A stretch of DNA of 64,000 bases, from NCBI RefSeq assembly GCF_009914755.1, contig NC_060932.1. One strand, 5' to 3'. This DNA is from the human T2T-CHM13v2.0 reference genome, Homo sapiens. Shown here one piece after another: positions 54,341 to 64,000 of this stretch. Position 1 is the stretch's first letter. Each line of letters starts with the position of its first letter. Made by a program: the position numbers and the translations under genes. Below the pieces are notes generated by a model that saw only the letters and a list, made by a program, of their open reading frames with translations, made no database searches and had not been told where the DNA came from.

Positions 54341-54846
54341 TTCACGTAGTGTAACGGGTCCTGGCAAAAATTTCAGTTCAAGGCCTGTCATCTGTGTGAA
54401 TCTGTCTGGAGGTCCCCACTTTGCCTGGTGGCCCACCTGGGGCTGCTTTTCAATTAGTGCCCCAAACCAGCACACACTGTGGTAACCCATGTTTAATATT
54501 TTTCCTCAGATAGCATATTTGGACTTCAAGTAAGAGCATCAATGCTTTAAAACAAAGGAGTAACTCCTATTACATTTCATTCTCATCATTGTAAGAAATG
54601 CCATGAAGAATGCACAGATGATCTTAGGTTACCAGCCATGGTGTGGCTTGGAAACCATGTTAGGTTACTTTTTCCTCTCATGTGTGGGACCAGCTCTGGT
54701 TGGAAGACAGCACATTGTAGAGAAAGATCCTTAAAATCATGTATTTCTTGAACGTTGGCTATGACACTGTCACTGCAGAAGCTTTGTGAATACTTTTTAT
54801 GGTACCTTTTGAATTTTATCTTTTGTGCATATATTACTGATCTTAA

Positions 54847-57598
<2,752 letters not shown>

Positions 57599-57892
57599 AA
57601 ATAATTGAGAAATGGCTTTTGAGGCCAACAGCAGGACCAGTGCCATCAGTGGATTGCTAATGATTATTTTAAATGCTAGAATCTATCAGAGTGCAACTTT
57701 TGTATATAAAGTACTCAAAACTCAAAGAGAAATAATACTAAGTTGCTACATCAGGGGCATATTTCATAGGTTACTCATAAAGGGTGTAGCTAGAGGAGGA
57801 AGTTAGGGATTTAGTGGAAAGCAAATAGTGCTAAAAAAGGCATTGACTACTGTAAAAGTTTCTGGGTTTTAGGAAGAGCAGAAAGCTTATGA

Positions 57893-58156
<264 letters not shown>

Positions 58157-58281
58157 TAAGAGGAAGCTTAATATTTGGCTACACGTAATTAGGTTCCAGA
58201 TTTTGCCTTTTGAATCCTGTGCCAGGATATGAGGTAGTTGTGACAAGTTCCTGGTAGTCAAGGTAGTGGACTGTAGATTAA

Positions 58282-58452
<171 letters not shown>

Positions 58453-59182
58453 TGAAAAAGAAAGAGAAGACCCTTTCCCTCTAGTTATCTTTAAGGGCAG
58501 TGAGAATCTAGAATTAGTCCTGTTGCAAAACACTGCACAATTCTTCCTGTTGTCCAAACAGGAAATTGTAGGCCAAACTTTAGTCATCTTGTAACCACGT
58601 TTTTTACTTCAACTATCCAAAAAAAAAAATTGTGGGTCAGACTAAAACATGCAAAGTGTAGAAGTCAGTTACAATATAGGCAGACCCTTTTTTTCTTATG
58701 TGCCAGGTGGAAATAGTTTCCATGTGTTATTTTACACATGCTTCCGACGTGAGGAAATACTAGCTGGAAAGCAACTTTAATTTCCAGAGAAATGCATGTA
58801 AATAAGAAACTACTTATCTATCATCCAGTTTTCCCAATTGGGTGAAGGGATTTGGGGCAAGAGCACAGGGCATGAAGAGAGTAAACAGTGGGGAGGTTGT
58901 GGGAGAGTTGAAGTGGGAAGTGGCTCCTGTGGACCAAAGACATGGCTGGCAGGACAGAGAATCTATGAAGACACAGATGGGGTAAGCCCAGAAAAGCATC
59001 CCAAGGCACACACATACCTTGTTTTTTGTAAATCTCCTTTATCTTTTATTACCAAGGTAAATTATAATCTCAGATTTGACTTTGTGGTCACTATTTTGAT
59101 TAAGAAAACAAAAATAGCATTCACTCCTTAAGAACTTACACGTCTGTGACTAATGCCTACAGTCCTTGTTTTTTACGCCTAG

Positions 59183-59245
59183 ACACTCCAGGCCAAATCA
59201 CAAATGACGGCCCAGAACAGCAAGGCTAGTTCAAAAGGAGCATAA
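59183..59245 (+). CDS. LETM2: LETM2 last coding exon (TLQAKSQMTAQNSKASSKGA*)
   Basis: cctag acceptor, TAA at 59243-59245; spliced CDS totals 1476 nt = 491 aa plus stop. Confidence 0.88.
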   Translation, partial: TLQAKSQMTAQNSKASSKGA

Positions 59246-59492
59246 AGGACTACTTGAGGATGGAGCTCACTCTCTTCAGCTTCCGGCCCTCAACAGTGGC
59301 ATCTGTAAAGGACCTCCCAGATAAGACTGTCTGGCTTCAGAGAGCGGATCAGCTGTTTAGCCCGTGGGGCAGTCCTTTGAGGCCTGGTAACCATTCCAGG
59401 TGATGTGGGTAGTGAGACCAAGTTCAGACCACTTAGAAAAATATAATTGCAAAGTCCCATTTCCTCTGTACCATTGTCACCCCACTCAACTT

Positions 59493-59540
59493 TGTATAAA
59501 GCCCACCCCCCATCATGTTGTTTTTTTAGTTTCATGTGTA
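59493..59540 (+). terminator. LETM2: Probable LETM2 proximal poly(A) site using variant hexamer TATAAA
   Basis: TGTA overlapping TATAAA (59495-59500), followed by a GT/T-rich downstream element. Confidence 0.55.
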
Positions 59541-59842
59541 CGTCCCTTCAGAGAGGAAATTTTTTGCACAATGGAATCAGCTTGGCACCTTAGATACCTG
59601 TCTCCTATGGCTTGGAATTCTGAGTAAGAACTTGGAAGTTCCAAAAACCATTTTAGGAGCACCTGATTAACTTTCTGAATGATCCACCAGTAGGATCAGC
59701 ACCCTGGAAACAAAGTACCTTATGAGATGGGATGGATATACTCCCCAGTAAGATCTTTCTGGATATAATGAAGCTTCCTGGAGAAACAGACTGGCAATCA
59801 GAAAGATTTGGCTGCTTCCGACACCTCCATCTTGGGCCTGCA

Positions 59843-59887
59843 GAGGCTGCAGCAATCTGTGAGGCAGCCGCAATCTGCGAGGCAGCC
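59843..59887 (+). repeat. 18-bp tandem repeat, 2.5 copies (GAGGCWGCMGCAATCTGY)
   Basis: gaggctgcagcaatctgt / gaggcagccgcaatctgc / gaggcagcc. Confidence 0.9.
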
Positions 59888-61166
59888 ACTCTTCTAGCAC
59901 ATATGGCTTTCATTAGCCACCATTTTGCTAGGAAGCATAATTAAGGGTTTAAGCCTTAACCATGTTTGTGTTGGGTGTGTGTGTTTCTGGCCAGTTTGTC
60001 TTTCACAAATAAGACTATTAGTCATAGGGATTGTGAAAGTCTGATATAATCCCTGTGCTACCCAGCAACAAGTATTACATTAGGATATTTATGCTTGGTG
60101 TTTTCAGTATTAATAATATGAAATAATAGATAGACTGCCATGCAGCTGACCAAGGGCTTTCTTCCCCTGGGGAGTGGTTAGAAGGCCAAAGGTATTTCAG
60201 CCTGTAGGTGATAAAATTAGATTTCTTTACTTGCTGTGGTTAGACAGCAGTCAGTTAAAACAAGTAAAACTCCACTGTCCTGTCTGGGATCACCTAAATG
60301 AGGAATGTCACCAGCACTTCACAGCAAGAATATGCATTCTACAATGCTTTCTAAATTTGTGCTCCATCAGAGAAGCCCCACCATGTCCCACTAATGAAGC
60401 CCAGTTCTTTGGGAATGATGAATCCCTACTGTGCACATACAGCAATCATGGATCCTGCCTATCGAGGTGATTCACAATACACTTTCCCATTTCAAAAATG
60501 ACGGGTATTTTAATTAGTCCACATTTCAGGTGTTAAATGTGGGAAAGGGATTAGCTAAACTTGCTCAATTCTGTTTTAGCTGAATGAGTCATAGGTACTG
60601 CTGGGCTGTCCTACAGTTCCTTCTGGCTTTCCCTCCGAGCAGGGTGGGAATGAGCAGTGACCTGGTCAAGGGACCCGGGCCACTTGATAGACCTCTCCTC
60701 CCACTCTTCTGCTAGCAGCTCAGAGAAGTCAAGGATGTTTTGTTGTTCTCATCATTTAGGGTGCTTGGCTGTTGGGTTCAGTGATCCTTACATCTAGCCC
60801 CAGCTAGTGGTGTTCTGGTAAATCGTTAACCACCAACTCTTTGAGCCTCCCGGGGTAATGAAAGTTACACCTCTAGTTAGCATGTTTATGAAATAGATCC
60901 CTTCTGCACGCGAAGACCTGCATGTAGGGCAGTATGGTGGAAATGGTCCTGAATACTGTTGACGGTCCACCTAGAAGGAACCCGCCCAGACCAAGTCTTA
61001 GCAGTTGGGTTCTTACTGACCACCTTCTTCCCTGGCTCTCCTCAGTGGAGGGAATGGAAGGCTGTGCCAGCTGTTTCAGAGCTTTCTCCTCTCTGCTCCC
61101 TTCTCTATAGATGCAGATGCCTTGGCTCTACCTGCCACTAATGATCTCATTGGGTATGACTTTAGA

Positions 61167-61466
<300 letters not shown>

Positions 61467-62121
61467 TAGGCATTCTCTAAAAACCCAACTACAGTGATGC
61501 TAGATGTGTCCTGGGTCTTACACACAATTCTGCTACAATAGAGAGGTGGTGGCCACTGACACTTAGGGCCTTGCACCTGTGTCATGTCTAATTCTAAAAT
61601 CATCCCAAAACGAGCCACATCAGTGCTGCCCAGTTTTTCTGTAATGCCAAATCTAGGCTAAAGATTTCCCACTCACCACCAGCACACACTAGCAGGTAGT
61701 AGTTGGACCAATGTGACTTGAGAGCGGACTGGTGCTTCACCTAATGCCAACTGAAACTTCAGCTCGCTGGCTCCACCCAGTGGTGGCGAATAAGCACAGC
61801 AACCTCATTAACAATGAGACAGATTTCTTGCCTCATTTGATGCTCAATCTTACTTACCTGAGATCAATACATTACATTAGCAGGGCCAAGGGACCGATGA
61901 TCTCCAGCCTATGGCAATTAGAAGAGACGGAAAGGCAGTATTGATTAATGCTGTGGTGATCCCAGCCCTAATCTTTTAACCCTCAGGAAACCAGACAGAC
62001 TCAGTGCCTTCATGGCACAACATCTTCATTAGATAAACTGGATTCCTTTCCTCAGGAGACCCAATTTGGTCCTCTAAGTAAAACGGCCATTTCATTTTCT
62101 CTCAGGTCAATTTCACTGTCT

Positions 62122-62127
62122 TTTATT
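62122..62127 (-). terminator. FGFR1: FGFR1 distal poly(A) signal AATAAA
   Basis: tttatt on plus, about 20 nt from the recognised mRNA end. Confidence 0.85.
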
Positions 62128-62697
62128 TGACAGCTAGCGCAGTCTTTGGGGAAATTTGTGGGTGATTTGAGTAGTAACAGCAAGGACATCACTGTAATTA
62201 TGATAGTGCCTTATATTTTTCTAGCACCTCTCCCAAGGACTTATGAAGACTTTTAGATTCTTCATCCCTTCACACAACATTGCTTCAAGGTAGGGCCAAG
62301 GCAGAAATTATCATCACTGTTTTACAAGGAAAGACACTCCTGTGCGGTCTCAAAGCAAATGCTTTTAAGAGCTAAAAATTCATTTCCTAGTTCTGTTCAC
62401 CAAATGATGCCTTCTTTAAACATAAATACAAATTGTAATGTTAGCAGGTGCTATTTACAGAGAGAAACAAAGAGAATTTTACAATAGTCGCCAACACTGC
62501 AGCTGCCAAAAAATCCCTAGCTCAGAAATTTAAAGCAGCAATCCCATTTTCCCTACAGAAATGAAAACATATTGAACTTTCTTTTGTATTTAGCAGTAAT
62601 CCAGCAAAATATAAGCTTTAATATAGCGACTGAGGAGTGGTAGTTTGAGCCATGAGGTACGGGGGAGCCAGAATCCACTTAGTGAGGACAGTGATGA

Positions 62698-62711
62698 CCA
62701 GCAGGTGGCAG
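62698..62711 (+). promoter_or_regulatory. CTCF core motif
   Basis: CCAGCAGGTGGCAG matches CCASYAGRKGGCRS exactly. Confidence 0.6.
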
Positions 62712-62953
62712 AAGTAAATTCCAAGCAGCCAAAAAACCAAAAACATTCGGAGAATTTTCCCCCCGTTCCTGAGGGACAGGATGGAGTTTGGACAGGAAGA
62801 ACTGTAAGAAGCCAAGATCTGCGACAGTCCCAACAAATACAGTCTGGTCACATGGATACAGGAAGGACGATCTGGGGAGGCATACCAACAAGAAACGAAG
62901 CCAGGGACCTGAATGCAAAACTAGCCTCAGGTGACATGTTCTCCTGCACTTAG

Positions 62954-63310
<357 letters not shown>

Positions 63311-63709
63311 TGCTTTCCTCTTAATCACTGTAGCTCTACCCCGTGGCTATTCCTAGGTAGGTGCCCCCTCCCCAGCCCAACCCCACCGGTTTCCTTGGAG
63401 GAAACCATCCATGGTCGATGGCTGCTGGGCCTTGACTCTCTGCCCAGCGCCTCTACTGCATGGATGGGGTTCCTGCCCTCGAAGCAGACATCTTCTTTTT
63501 CTGACTTTCCAAAAGCAGCGGAGAGGCAGGAGGTGCGTCGTGAGGTCTGGGTGCAGGACCTAGGAAGAAGAGGTTACAAGGAACCTGCGCCGGGAGCATG
63601 CGGTGCCCTCGGGACAGACCTAGCCCCAGGGCCCGTGGGTGTCCCTTCTTTCCAGTGGACATTCCCACCCTTTTCATACAGCCCATAGATAAATGAAGCA
63701 GCAGCAATT

Positions 63710-63715
63710 TTTATT
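63710..63715 (-). terminator. FGFR1: FGFR1 proximal poly(A) signal AATAAA
   Basis: tttatt on plus, preceded in transcript orientation by U-rich sequence. Confidence 0.75.
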
Positions 63716-64000
63716 GAGGGACCTAAACTGAAAATAGGTTTAGAACATAATTTAAAAAAATAAAACAGCAAAAGTAGCAAAAAATATATGACCTTTTTAA
63801 AAACATTTTCCTTTTTTTTCTTTTTTGTTTTTAATATATAGCAACTGATGCCTCCCAGCCACCAGGAGCATCTTACCCGATGGGTAAATCTCTGGTAACG
63901 ACCCTTTTAAAAAGACATGTAAATATATACTCAGATTTATACACTTTGTGTTTTCTTCATAGCTATATACAGAGCCCCCAGTTTGGGGCTGGGCCCCAGG

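Overview
Human-like (primate) genomic DNA, which I recognise from sequence as the NSD3-LETM2-FGFR1 interval (8p11.23). Bases 1-32767 are most of intron 1 of NSD3/WHSC1L1 (minus strand). The non-coding NSD3 exon 1 and its CpG-island promoter lie at about 32.7-34.2 kb. LETM2 is complete on the plus strand: a non-coding exon 1 plus 10 coding exons that I spliced by hand to 1476 nt (491 aa), with one GC-AG intron. The long 3'UTR of FGFR1 enters on the minus strand from the right edge, with proximal and distal AATAAA signals. The rest is dense Alu/L1/L2/MIR/MER/MLT sequence, and nearly all ORFs in the supplied track are repeat or GC-rich artefacts. I find no new multi-gene system. The most unusual structure is an old templated copy of the LETM2 intron-3/exon-4 boundary lying upstream of exon 3, with 67 nt still perfectly identical across the splice acceptor; it could act as a poison acceptor or as a back-splice acceptor that mimics the normal junction. 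Other candidates are three uAUGs in the NSD3 leader (one in perfect Kozak context), a possible internal LETM2 promoter with an in-frame ATG, and nested inverted repeats. Repeat boundaries and subfamilies are by eye and approximate.
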